NCBI GenBank assembly: GCA_963709345.1
Contig: CAVPVX010000001.1
Coordinates: forward strand, 32,001-96,000
Direction: 5' to 3'
DNA: 64,000 nt
DNA from: an uncultured Actinomycetes bacterium
GTDB lineage: Bacteria > Actinomycetota > Thermoleophilia > UBA2241
The notes beneath the pieces were generated by a model that worked only from the letters and a program-made list of their open reading frames with translations, did not search any database and was not told the origin of the DNA. The translations under genes and the position numbers were made by a program. The first letter of the stretch is position 1. Every line of letters begins with the position of its first letter. Below, piece after piece: positions 49,568 through 59,394 of the stretch.

Positions 49568-50776
49568 TCAGCGGCTGAGGCGGAACCGCCAGACGGCGAG
49601 CACGAAGAACCCCGCCGCCCACGCGACGGAGACGCCGAGTGCGGGCAGCACGTCGGTGACGTCGAACCCGCGCACCACGATGCCGCGCAGCCCGTCGAGT
49701 ATCCAGGCGGTGGGCAGTGCGTGACCCACGGACTGGAACGTCTCTCCCGTGATCTCGAGCGGGAACCAAGCGCCGGAGAGCGCGGCCATGGCCATGGAGA
49801 CGAGCACCGTGGTCGCGATGAGCGCCTGTTCGCTCTTGAGTACGGAGGCGAGCAGGAGGCCGAGCGTGCTCGCCACCAGCGAGAGCGAGACCATCATCAG
49901 CAGCAGCGCGACCGGGTCGCGCAGGTAGTCCACGCCGAAGAAGAGCTGGGCGACCCCGATCAGCAGCACCTGCTGGAGGAAAGTGAGCAGGAACATGCCG
50001 GCCGCCTTGCCGCCGATGAGCTGCCACTTGCGCAGGTGCGTCGTCATGAGGCGCTGCAGCGTGCCGTTCTGCCGCTCGATGATGAGGGCGATGCCTGCCG
50101 TCATGAGGCTGAACAGGACGAAGTTGACCATCATGCCGGGCGAGCTGAGTACGAAGCCGCTCGGCGTCTGGCCCGCCGCCGTGCCGGCCTCCACCACCGT
50201 GGTGTCCACCGCCGGGTCCGCGAGCGCCTGCTCGACGGCCGGACGCGCCTGTGCCGCCGTCTCGGCGACCACGCCGTCAAAGGCTCCGGCCGGCACGCTG
50301 CGCGTGGACCAGATCACTTGGGCGGCTGCCTTGGACGCCAGTTCCGCCGTCACCTGATCCCCGGCCAGCGAGCGGATCTCGCTGGCCACCGTGGAGGCGC
50401 CGCTCGTCCCCTGGGTGGCGACGATCGTCAGGTCGGCCTTCTCCCCGCCGGCCACGGCGTCACTGTAGCCCACCGGGATGATCAGGCCTGCCGCCGCGCG
50501 CTCGTCGGCCATCCACTGCTCGAACTCCGCGCCGTCCTTGATGACCACGCGGACGACCGGGGACTCCTCGAGGTCGGCCACGAGCGCGTTCGCCGCCGCG
50601 CCGCCGCCAGCGTCCCACACCGCCAGCGGCAGCTTGTCCACGTCGCTGCCGCCGCCGAAGAGCAGCCCGAAGAACAGGGTGAAGGCCAGCGGCATCAGGA
50701 TGATGAAGATGAACGACAGCTTGTCCCGCGCGGTCTCCCGGAGGTCCTTGCCGGCGAGGAGGGCGGCGAGCTTCAC
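49568..50776 (-). CDS. ABC-2 exporter permease
   Basis: KDLRE, ERQNGTLQRL, LSGAWFPLE, LPTAW. Confidence 0.9.
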   Translation of the reverse strand: MKLAALLAGKDLRETARDKLSFIFIILMPLAFTLFFGLLFGGGSDVDKLPLAVWDAGGGAAANALVADLEESPVVRVVIKDGAEFEQWMADERAAAGLIIPVGYSDAVAGGEKADLTIVATQGTSGASTVASEIRSLAGDQVTAELASKAAAQVIWSTRSVPAGAFDGVVAETAAQARPAVEQALADPAVDTTVVEAGTAAGQTPSGFVLSSPGMMVNFVLFSLMTAGIALIIERQNGTLQRLMTTHLRKWQLIGGKAAGMFLLTFLQQVLLIGVAQLFFGVDYLRDPVALLLMMVSLSLVASTLGLLLASVLKSEQALIATTVLVSMAMAALSGAWFPLEITGETFQSVGHALPTAWILDGLRGIVVRGFDVTDVLPALGVSVAWAAGFFVLAVWRFRLSR

Positions 50777-52011
50777 GCGAACCGCCTCCTCATCTTGAGC
50801 ACGGCGAAGAAGAAGAAGGCGACGGCGAACCCGAGCGGGATGAGCACCTGCCAGCGGATGTCGGCCGCCCCGCCGCCGCGAAGGGCGGTGTCCCAGCCCT
50901 GGATGAGCCAGCCGTTGGGCGTGAGCTTCTGCACGACGGCGAAGGCTCCACTGGACTGCGCCGTCCCCGTGAAGTTGCCGCCGAGGAGCGCGAGGACGAG
51001 GTAGATCCCGGAGCCGATAGCGCCGGCTTGGGCAGCGGTCTTGGCGAAGGCGATGATGAGCAGGGCAAGGCCCCCGGCCACGCCGGCGGCGACAAACGTG
51101 AGCAGCACGACGGCGTCGAGGGAACCCCACTGGATGCCGAAGATCAGGCGGCCGGCGACGAGGAGCACGACCGCCTGCGCCAGCACCGTGACGAACACCG
51201 AGACGAACTTGCCGCCGATGATCGTCCCGTGGCGTGTCGGCGTCGTGAAGAGGCGCGGCATGGTGCCGTCACGGTCCTCCGTGAGGATCGTGCGGGCCAC
51301 GTTGGCCGCCCCGAAGAACATGAAGAAGACCATCATGCCGGAGAGGATGACGCCGGTCACGCTCACCTCGTTCTCCGTCTTGCCGACCTTGGGTGAGCGC
51401 TGCGCGATGTCCAGGACCGACGAGATGCCGCCGCTCTGACTGAACGCCTGGGCGGCGGCCGCGGCGACCTGCGCAGCCGGCGGGTCGCCGGCGGCGTCCG
51501 AGCGCACGGCAACGGCGCCGGCGGCTGCGGCCCGGGCGCCGTTGAAGTCGGCGAGCACCTGGCCGACGACGCCCTCGACGATGGAACCGCCGATCTCGCT
51601 GGTCGGGTTCTCGTAGATCTCGACCCGCGCCGTCGCCGACGGGTCGTCGCCGTAGACGGCCTGGCTGAAGTCGGCCGGGACGATGACGGCGACGGCCGCG
51701 TCGCCGTCATCCACGGCCTTGCGCGCCGCGGCGCCGTCCTTCTCGCGTGTCACCGCGAGGACGTCCTTGAGGTCAGGGCTCTCGAAGATGCCGGCCACAA
51801 TGCAGCCCGCCGCCGTCGGCACGCCAGGCGCTCCCGCGTCCTCGACCGTCAGGGCGACCTTGGTCGCGGCGATCTCGAACGACTCGCCGCCGCCGAAGGC
51901 GAGGCCGAGCAGTGAGGCGAGCGCCAGCGGGGCGACGAGCATCATCACCAGCGCGGGCACGTTGCGGATGGTGCTGCGCAGGTCCTTCCAGGCGATGGCG
52001 AGGACCTTCAT
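50773..52011 (-). CDS. ABC-2 exporter permease
   Basis: AWKDLR, EDRDGTMPRL, LGGNF, TPNGW. Confidence 0.9.
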   Translation of the reverse strand: MKVLAIAWKDLRSTIRNVPALVMMLVAPLALASLLGLAFGGGESFEIAATKVALTVEDAGAPGVPTAAGCIVAGIFESPDLKDVLAVTREKDGAAARKAVDDGDAAVAVIVPADFSQAVYGDDPSATARVEIYENPTSEIGGSIVEGVVGQVLADFNGARAAAAGAVAVRSDAAGDPPAAQVAAAAAQAFSQSGGISSVLDIAQRSPKVGKTENEVSVTGVILSGMMVFFMFFGAANVARTILTEDRDGTMPRLFTTPTRHGTIIGGKFVSVFVTVLAQAVVLLVAGRLIFGIQWGSLDAVVLLTFVAAGVAGGLALLIIAFAKTAAQAGAIGSGIYLVLALLGGNFTGTAQSSGAFAVVQKLTPNGWLIQGWDTALRGGGAADIRWQVLIPLGFAVAFFFFAVLKMRRRFA

Positions 52012-52077
52012 GAGCGCCGGCGGTCCTTCACGGCCTCGTGCACCACGTCCCCTTCGGCGATGACCCGGCTTCGCCGG

Positions 52078-53022
52078 TCATTCTCTCAGCGCCCGGCCGG
52101 TGAGGTGCAGAAACACCATCTCGAGGTTGGGCTCGCGCACGTTGATCTCGGTGATGCGCGAGCCGGCCGCGGCCGCCGCCTCGAACAGCCGCGGCAGCAC
52201 GTCGTTGGGGTCGTCGGTCAGAAGAACGGCCTCGTCCTCCTCGATGTCGACCGTCTCTACCCCGGGCACCTCGCGCCAGCGCTCGGCCATCCCCTCCAGA
52301 GAGTGGTCCACACGGGCCGCGACCCGCGACTGCTGGCCGACGATCCTCACGAGCTCGTCGTGCGTGCCGCTTGCGATCATCTTGCCGTGGTCGACGATGG
52401 CGATGCGGTCGCTGAGCTCCTGCGCTTCGGCCATGTAGTGCGTGGTGTACAGGATCGTCATCCCCTGGTCGCGCAGCGCCAGGATGCCGTCGAGGATCGA
52501 CCGCCGGCTCTGCGGGTCGATCCCCACCGTGGGTTCGTCGAGGTACAGGACCTTGGGCTTGTGCAGGAGTGCCACGCCGATGTTGACGCGGCGCTTCATG
52601 CCGCCGCTGAACTTCTCGATGCGGTCCTTCTGGCGGTCGACCAGCGTGATGAGCTCGAGCACCTCGTCGACGCGCGTCTTGAGTGCGTCGCCCGAGAGAC
52701 CGTACATCCGCCCCCAGAAGAGCAGGTTCTCACGAGCGCTCATATCGGGATAGAGGGCGATGTCCTGAGGGACGACGCCGATCGCCTCCTTGACGGCCAT
52801 GGACTGGTGCACGATCGAGTTCCCGGCGACCATCGCGTCGCCGCCGCTCGGCTTCAGCAGGCAGCTGAGCATGGAGATGGTCGTGCTCTTGCCGGCGCCG
52901 TTGGGGCCGAGGAGACTGAAGATCTCGCCCTCGGCGATCTCGAAGCTCACGCCGTCGACGGCCAGCACGCCCTTGGGGGGGTCGTACTGCTTGCGCAGCT
53001 CCTGGACCTCGATGATGCTCAC
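52078..53022 (-). CDS. ABC exporter ATP-binding protein
   Basis: GPNGAGKST, FSGGMKRR, LDEPTVGIDPQSR, TTHYM. Confidence 0.93.
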   Translation of the reverse strand: MSIIEVQELRKQYDPPKGVLAVDGVSFEIAEGEIFSLLGPNGAGKSTTISMLSCLLKPSGGDAMVAGNSIVHQSMAVKEAIGVVPQDIALYPDMSARENLLFWGRMYGLSGDALKTRVDEVLELITLVDRQKDRIEKFSGGMKRRVNIGVALLHKPKVLYLDEPTVGIDPQSRRSILDGILALRDQGMTILYTTHYMAEAQELSDRIAIVDHGKMIASGTHDELVRIVGQQSRVAARVDHSLEGMAERWREVPGVETVDIEEDEAVLLTDDPNDVLPRLFEAAAAAGSRITEINVREPNLEMVFLHLTGRALRE

Positions 53023-53225
53023 CGGCCGACCCTCCCAGTACGGGATGCTTTGACGGCTCCTTATACACCACGGGTCGTGCCGGGGTCACGCTTGTCGGAG
53101 GTCGCACCCGACCGACTCGAGGTCCGTGCGCGAGATCTCCGCCCGTGCGGCCCGTGGTCGCTATCGCGGGCCAAGGTCAAAGTGATAACGTATTGGGCAT
53201 AGTGATTACACATAGGGGTGACGAC

Positions 53226-53474
53226 ATGGTTCGCACGCAGATCCAACTCAGTGAAGACGAAGCCGCCGCCGTCAAGCGCTTGGCACGTGAGCGCTCAGTC
53301 TCCATGGCGGCGGTGATCCGCGCCGCCGTCGACCAGTACGTCAGCCGCGAATCGGGAGTCTCGATCGACGAGCGTTGGCAGCGGTCGCTCGCCGCCGTGG
53401 GCGGGCTTCACTCGGGGAGAAGCGATCTCTCCCAGACGCATGACGACGAGTTCGCCGCGGCAGCCTCCGAGTGA
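53226..53474 (+). CDS. vapB: CopG/RHH antitoxin (VapB-like)
   Basis: MVRTQIQL..SMAAVIRAAVD..DLSQTHD. Confidence 0.85.
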   Translation: MVRTQIQLSEDEAAAVKRLARERSVSMAAVIRAAVDQYVSRESGVSIDERWQRSLAAVGGLHSGRSDLSQTHDDEFAAAASE

Positions 53475-53872
53475 GCGTCTTCGTCGACACGTCCTTCTTC
53501 ATCGCGCTGCTCGACGAAGACGACGAGCAGTCGCCTGCCGCCGCCACCCTGTGGCGGCAGGCGTCGGCCGCACACCTGCCCGTGTTCACGACCAACTACG
53601 TCGTACTGGAGGCGTGCGCCGTGTTCCAGCGACGCCTCGGCTTGGCCGCCGTCCGAAGGTTCGTGCGTGAGCTTCTCGCACCCGTGGATCTCGAGTGGGT
53701 GACGGGGGATGATCACGAGCGCGCCGTGGAGGCTCTGCTCGTCGCCGATCGCCGCCGGCTCAGCCTCGTCGACTGCACCAGCTTCGAGGTCATGCGCCGG
53801 ATGGAGGCGCGCGAGTGCTTGGCCTTCGACCAGCACTTCGCGGAGCAGGGCTTCGCGGTGGTGGCGGGTTAG
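53471..53872 (+). CDS. vapC: PIN-domain toxin
   Basis: FVDTSFF, TTNYVVLE, SLVDCTSF, AFDQHF; GTGA overlap. Confidence 0.92.
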   Translation: MSVFVDTSFFIALLDEDDEQSPAAATLWRQASAAHLPVFTTNYVVLEACAVFQRRLGLAAVRRFVRELLAPVDLEWVTGDDHERAVEALLVADRRRLSLVDCTSFEVMRRMEARECLAFDQHFAEQGFAVVAG

Positions 53873-56634
53873 CTCCGCGAAGGCAGCGGGCCGAGCGGGC
53901 GCAAGACGCAGACGGGCGTCTGCTCGGTGCCCTGCCCGAGCGGGTTGTCGCGCATCAGGTACCCGACGAGCTCGCGGTCGGCGCCCGCGGAGGCGCCGAG
54001 GACGGTGACCGCCAGGTCGCTGGCGTCGATGACGGCGGCATGGACGGTGCCGCCGGCCGCCTCGCTCAGGGCGGCGCTCAGCGTGGCGGCGACGCCGTCC
54101 GGGTCGGCCGGCCCGAGGCTGGCCGCCGTGTTGTGCGGCGGCAGCCGGTTGTATGCGGGGCCGTCGATGGCCTCGACCTCCCGCCCGGCGACCAGGTAGA
54201 ACACGCCGCGCTTGCGCACGAGCCGCCCGGCCGCACCGGCGGCGGCGGCGAGCAGGATGCGCGGCGCCCCGACCTGGTCGATCGCGAGCTGCATCGTCTG
54301 GGGCGTGCCCAGGCCGATGCCGTGGGGTGTCTTGGTCACCGCCGCGCCCAGCTTGCGCGCGAGCCAGGTGGGGTGGATGTCGTCGATCTGGAAGCTGCGG
54401 CCCTGGGCCGCGGAGACGGCGTTCTCGGCCATGGCGACGGTGTCACCGGGCTTCACGTGGGCGGCCACGTACTCACGGCACACCTCGGCCAGGTCGTCGT
54501 CGCGACCGACGACGCTCGTCTTGATCGGCAGACGCGCGAAGACGTACCCGCGCATGGCGGCGAACAGGTGCTTGGCGCCGTGGGGCTTGTACGCGTCGAG
54601 GAGGCGCTCGGCCTCGGCCGTGCCGGCCTCGGCGGCCGCGCCGCCGGCGGCCGCCAGCAGCGCCGGCACCCCCGGGTCGGCGGCCTGAGCGACCGTGCCG
54701 CGGCGTTTGGGCCCGATCTCCGCCGGAGCGGTGAGGGCAGCCTCGACGTCGACGTCCTCGAGCACCACGCTGCGGTCGCAGAACTCGCGCAGCCACAGCT
54801 CGACGTTCGCGGTACGCCAGAAGAAGGGCGACTCCTCGACCTTGCCGCGGCAGGCGTCGCGGAAGTTGCCGACGACGCCGGCCCCGTCCCAGTAGGGCCG
54901 CGACTGGAAGCTCGGTGACTGGTACAGACTGGTGAAGGCCGCCCGGCGCGCCTTGATCCAGCGCATCTCGGGGGTCGTGAACCCGACCTTCCAGCGGCGC
55001 AGGCGGATCTTGTCGGGCAACTGCTCCTTGAGGCCGACGCGAAGGATCCAGCGGCTCCAGCCGTCGCGGATGATGGCGTCGTCCGGGAGCGTGAGCAGGT
55101 AGTCGACGAACTCCTGGTCGAGGAACGGCAGCCGCGACTCGACGCTGAACGCCATGGCGTTGCGGTCCTCGTAGCGCAGCAGGCAGGGCAGGCAGTACGT
55201 GAGCAGATCCTGCAGCAGACGCTCCTTGAGGTGCGTCTGCGATTTGTCGATGCGAGGCTCCTCGACGCGGTCCAGGAAGCCGGGCTTCATCAGCGGCCGC
55301 GTGGCCAGGCGTTTGCTGCGCTGGGCGATGCGCCGGCGGATGAGCGGCCAAAGGACGTCGCGCGACTTCGCCCCCTCGCGACGCAGCTCCTCGTATCTGT
55401 GCTGCTCGCGCAGTTGGCGCAGGTAGACGAGCTGGTACGGCACGTAGCCGGCGAGCAGCTCGTCGCCGCCCTGGCCGTCGAGCAGCACCGTGACCTGCTC
55501 GCGGGCGGAGCGCATGACGCACCACTGCGCGTACGGGCCGGTGCTGACAAACGGCTCTTCCTGGTGCCAGATGAACTCGCGCAGCTCGTCGATGAACTCC
55601 GACGACAGCGGGTTCGTGTAGGTCGTGTCGGCGCCGGTGCTCTCGACGGCGGTCTCGATGTAGTCGCGCTCGTCGATGGGGTCGCCGTCGAACACGGCGC
55701 TGAAGGTCTTGAGCTGGCCGCGCAGCGACGCCGCGTCCGGCGCGTCCGCCTTCAGAAGCTCGCTCATGAAAGCGACGATGCTGGTCGAGTCGAGGCCGCC
55801 CGAGAGACACGAGCCGACGGGGACTTCGGAAACGAGGCGCCGCTCCACGCTGGTGCGGAAGAGGCGGCGGAAGAGCGCCGGGTCGGGCTTGCCGTCGGTG
55901 CGCAGCTCAGGCTCCCAGTACGGCGTGCTCGGAAGAGGCGCCGTGAGGAGGCCGGGCCCGGCGCCGTCGCCGGAGGCGGCCGGCGCTTCCGCCGGCGGCA
56001 GCGCCACTTCCATCCAGGTCGCCTCGGGCACGTGGTAGATGCCGGTGAACATGGTCTCGGCGCGGTGGTCGTGCAGGCCGTGCTCGAGGAACTCGTAGAT
56101 CATCTGCTCGTCCGGAATCGCCTGGAGCTCGGGATCCTGGAGGAGCCCTTTGATCTCGCTGGCAAAGAGAAGACGGCCGGTCAGCGGCGAGCGCGCGTAG
56201 TAGAGCGGCTTGATGCCGAAGTGGTCACGATTCAGGACCAGCTTGCCGTCGCCCGCCCGCAGATCGACGATGGCGAAGGCCCACATGCCGTTGAAGCGCG
56301 CCGCGCAGCCCGGCCCCCATTCCTCGTACGCATGGACGATGACCTCGCTGTCGGAGTTCGTGCGAAAGGTGTGGCCGGCGGCCTCGAGCTCGGCGTGCAG
56401 CTCGCGGTAGTTGTAGATCTCGCCGTTGTAGACGAGCCAGACGGTCTCGTCCTCGTTGGCGATCGGCTGATGCCCGCCCTCGCGGTCGATGATGCTGAGG
56501 CGCCGGTGGCCGAGGCTGACGGAGGGCCGCTCGAAAGAGCCGGCGTCGTCGGGGCCGCGGTGGACGAGGGCGGCGGCCATGCGGCCGAGGAGCTGCCGGT
56601 CCGGTGTACCGACGAAACCGAAGATTCCACACAT
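53869..56634 (-). CDS. asnB: Asparagine synthase (glutamine-hydrolysing) fused to a C-terminal CofE/F420-0:glutamate ligase-like domain
   Basis: MCGI, HRGPD, RLSIID, NGEIYNY, SGGLDS, DGQGGDE; C-terminal PIKT..GDT..QGR..AIDG..NPLGQGTEQTP. Confidence 0.85.
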   Translation of the reverse strand: MCGIFGFVGTPDRQLLGRMAAALVHRGPDDAGSFERPSVSLGHRRLSIIDREGGHQPIANEDETVWLVYNGEIYNYRELHAELEAAGHTFRTNSDSEVIVHAYEEWGPGCAARFNGMWAFAIVDLRAGDGKLVLNRDHFGIKPLYYARSPLTGRLLFASEIKGLLQDPELQAIPDEQMIYEFLEHGLHDHRAETMFTGIYHVPEATWMEVALPPAEAPAASGDGAGPGLLTAPLPSTPYWEPELRTDGKPDPALFRRLFRTSVERRLVSEVPVGSCLSGGLDSTSIVAFMSELLKADAPDAASLRGQLKTFSAVFDGDPIDERDYIETAVESTGADTTYTNPLSSEFIDELREFIWHQEEPFVSTGPYAQWCVMRSAREQVTVLLDGQGGDELLAGYVPYQLVYLRQLREQHRYEELRREGAKSRDVLWPLIRRRIAQRSKRLATRPLMKPGFLDRVEEPRIDKSQTHLKERLLQDLLTYCLPCLLRYEDRNAMAFSVESRLPFLDQEFVDYLLTLPDDAIIRDGWSRWILRVGLKEQLPDKIRLRRWKVGFTTPEMRWIKARRAAFTSLYQSPSFQSRPYWDGAGVVGNFRDACRGKVEESPFFWRTANVELWLREFCDRSVVLEDVDVEAALTAPAEIGPKRRGTVAQAADPGVPALLAAAGGAAAEAGTAEAERLLDAYKPHGAKHLFAAMRGYVFARLPIKTSVVGRDDDLAEVCREYVAAHVKPGDTVAMAENAVSAAQGRSFQIDDIHPTWLARKLGAAVTKTPHGIGLGTPQTMQLAIDQVGAPRILLAAAAGAAGRLVRKRGVFYLVAGREVEAIDGPAYNRLPPHNTAASLGPADPDGVAATLSAALSEAAGGTVHAAVIDASDLAVTVLGASAGADRELVGYLMRDNPLGQGTEQTPVCVLRPLGPLPSRS

Positions 56635-56760
56635 GCGCTGGAGTTCTCCTGAGGTGGGTGGCGGGTCGGCGCGGCGGCGCTTCCCGCCGCCGCGAGGGTC
56701 AACTTTACCACAGCGTCCCGGCCGGCCCGCCGCGGGCCGCCGCGGGCCGCGCCTCGCGTC

Positions 56761-57003
56761 TCAGCGAGAGAGAGCGGCCCGGTTGCCGGGGTGGGACATG
56801 CAGAAGTCGTCCTCGCGCACGAGCGGGAACGCCCCCACCACCGGGAAGGTGCCGAAGGGGAGCTCGCGGCTCGAGCCGCGGAAGTAGTGCTCCGCCTGCA
56901 GCGCGGTCGGCGGAGCCGCCCGGCAGGTCCCGGCGCCACCGGCGCCGGGAAGCGGGCTGAACGCCGGGCAGGTGGTGCACCGCTTCATCCCGTCCTGATC
57001 CAT
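56761..57003 (-). CDS. Small Cys-motif protein
   Basis: CTTC..GTCRAAPP..FPLVREDDFCMSH; AGGAGG RBS. Confidence 0.65.
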   Translation of the reverse strand: MDQDGMKRCTTCPAFSPLPGAGGAGTCRAAPPTALQAEHYFRGSSRELPFGTFPVVGAFPLVREDDFCMSHPGNRAALSR

Positions 57004-57252
57004 GTCGCCTCCTGTGCGGATGGAATGCCGGCGCGGCAGGCTGCGCCCGCGCGCCGGCGCCGGCAACATGTTTGACGCGCGCCGTATGAGCTCCTGCCCC
57101 GCGCGGCGAACCACAGCCCGCGGGCGCCGCGCCGCCGCAGGCCCGCGCGGGCTTCTTCCCGGCAGCGCTCGCACGTGAACGCGGTGTCGTTGCGGCCGCG
57201 CGCGGGCGGCGGATACACTCGGGCCTCCCTGCCGCCGACGTGGAGGCCGACG

Positions 57253-59334
57253 ATGGTCGAACGCGACGAATCGCTTCGCGAGATCGAGCAGTTGGACTAC
57301 GTGTGGATCCCGATGCGCGACGGCGCCCGGCTCGCGGCGCGCGTCTGGCTGCCGGTCGACGCCGCGGATCACCCTGTGCCGGCCATCCTTGAGGCCGTCC
57401 CCTACCGGCTGAGCGACGGCATGGCCACGCGCGACGTCCTCATCCATCCCTACTGGGCACGGCGAGGCTACGCCTGCGTGCGCCTCGATCTGCGCGGCAG
57501 CGGGGAGTCGGACGGGGTGCTCGAAGACGAGTACCACCCGCAGGAGCAGGAAGACCTCATCGAGGTCGTCGCCTGGCTTGCGGCGCAACCCTGGTGCAGC
57601 GGCGGCGTCGGCATGACAGGCATCTCGTGGGGCGGGTTCAACAGCCTGCAGCTCGCCGCCCGGCGGCCGCCCGCCCTCAAGGCCGTCATCACGCTCATGA
57701 GCACCGACGACCGCTACGCCGACGACGTGCACTACAAGGGCGGCTGCGTTCTCGCCACCGACCTTCTCCACTGGAGCACCTGCATGCTGCACGGGCAGTG
57801 CCAGCCGCCGCACGAGGCGGCGGTCGGGGAACGCTGGCGCGAGCTGTGGGAACAGCGGCTCGCGGCGAACAAGCCGTGGATCCACACCTGGTTGGCACAT
57901 CAGCGCCGCGACGGGTACTGGAAGCACGGCTCCGTCTGCGAGGACTACGGCGCCATCGAGATCCCCGTGTACGCCATCGGCGGCTGGACCGACGGCTACA
58001 CGAACAGCGTGCTGCGTCTTCTGGAGCGGCTGCCCGGCATCCGCAAGGGCCTCATCGGCCCGTGGCCGCACGCCTTCCCTCACTACGCGACCCCCGGCCC
58101 CGCTATCGGCTTTCTGCAGGAAGCACTGCGCTGGTGGGACCACTGGCTCAAGGGAGCCGACACCGGGATACAGCACGAGCCCATGCTGCGCGCGTGGATG
58201 CACGAGTCTACGCCGCCCGCCCCGTGGATGGACGAGGTGCCGGGGCGCTGGGTGAGTGAGGACACGTGGCCGTCGCCGCGCGTCGAGGCCGCCCGCTGGC
58301 GCCTCGACGCCGACGGCGTGCTGCGCGACGCCGCAGGCGTTTCGCGCCCGGACGCGGAGACCGCCGCCTCGCTCGGCGCGGACGGCGACGGCCGCCTGCG
58401 CATCAAGGGGTCGCAGCTCTGCGGCGCCGACGCCGGCGCCTGGTGCGCCGAGAGCCAGCCGAGCGACTTCCCGCCCGACCAGCGCGCCGCCGAGGGCCAG
58501 TCTCTCTGCTTCACCTCGGCGCCGCTGGTCGCGCCGCTCGAGATCCTGGGCCACCCGCGACTTACGCTGAGTTTCTCGAGCGATCGCCCGCTGGCCCTGC
58601 TGGCCGCGCGCCTCGACGACGTCGCTCCCGACGGCGTGTCGCGACTGGTGGCCCAGCAGATCGTCAATCTGACGCACCTCGAGAGCCACGAGTATCCGGA
58701 GCCGCTCGAGCCGGGGCGCAGCTACACGACGAGGCTCGCGATCGACGCCGTGGCTCACGCCTTCCCGGCCGGCCACCGGCTGCGCGTCGCGCTCTCGCCG
58801 ACGTACTGGCCGTGGGCGTGGCCGTCGCCGGAGCCGGTCACGCTCACCGTCGCCGGCGGGGCGACCATGCTCGAACTCCCCGTCCGGCCGCCGCGGGCGG
58901 AGGACAAGGCGCTGCGCCCCTTCGACCCGCCCGTCGTCCCCGAGGGCCTCGGCGAGACCACGAGCGGCGGCGGCCCGGGCGGCCGCAGCTACACCCGGGA
59001 CCTCGTCGCCGACGGCATCGTCTGGACGTTCCGCTACGTCGACGGCGGGACCGTCGTGCTGCCGAACGGCTGGGTGACGACGGAGTCGAACCGCGTCAGC
59101 TACGGCGTCCGCGCGGGTGATCCGCTCTCGGCGCGTGTGGCCGTGGACGCCGAGTCGGTGCTCGAGCGCGGCGCGCAGGGTCGTTTCCGCATCGTCACGC
59201 ACGGGGAGATGACGTGCGACGCGACGAGGTTCTTCGTCGATGACACCGTCACCGTGACAGAAGGCGCCGACGGCGCCGAGCGAGAAGTCTTCTCGAAGAC
59301 GTGGCGCCACGAGGCGCCGCGAGACTGCGTTTAG
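57253..59334 (+). CDS. CocE/NonD (S15 peptidase-like) hydrolase
   Basis: IPMRDG, DLRGSGES, GISWGG, GGWTDGY, GPWPH. Confidence 0.9.
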   Translation: MVERDESLREIEQLDYVWIPMRDGARLAARVWLPVDAADHPVPAILEAVPYRLSDGMATRDVLIHPYWARRGYACVRLDLRGSGESDGVLEDEYHPQEQEDLIEVVAWLAAQPWCSGGVGMTGISWGGFNSLQLAARRPPALKAVITLMSTDDRYADDVHYKGGCVLATDLLHWSTCMLHGQCQPPHEAAVGERWRELWEQRLAANKPWIHTWLAHQRRDGYWKHGSVCEDYGAIEIPVYAIGGWTDGYTNSVLRLLERLPGIRKGLIGPWPHAFPHYATPGPAIGFLQEALRWWDHWLKGADTGIQHEPMLRAWMHESTPPAPWMDEVPGRWVSEDTWPSPRVEAARWRLDADGVLRDAAGVSRPDAETAASLGADGDGRLRIKGSQLCGADAGAWCAESQPSDFPPDQRAAEGQSLCFTSAPLVAPLEILGHPRLTLSFSSDRPLALLAARLDDVAPDGVSRLVAQQIVNLTHLESHEYPEPLEPGRSYTTRLAIDAVAHAFPAGHRLRVALSPTYWPWAWPSPEPVTLTVAGGATMLELPVRPPRAEDKALRPFDPPVVPEGLGETTSGGGPGGRSYTRDLVADGIVWTFRYVDGGTVVLPNGWVTTESNRVSYGVRAGDPLSARVAVDAESVLERGAQGRFRIVTHGEMTCDATRFFVDDTVTVTEGADGAEREVFSKTWRHEAPRDCV

Positions 59335-59394
59335 GGCACGGCGCCGGCGACCGCGAGACGCCGCCGGCGACCGGCTACGAGGGAGGCTGCAGGC

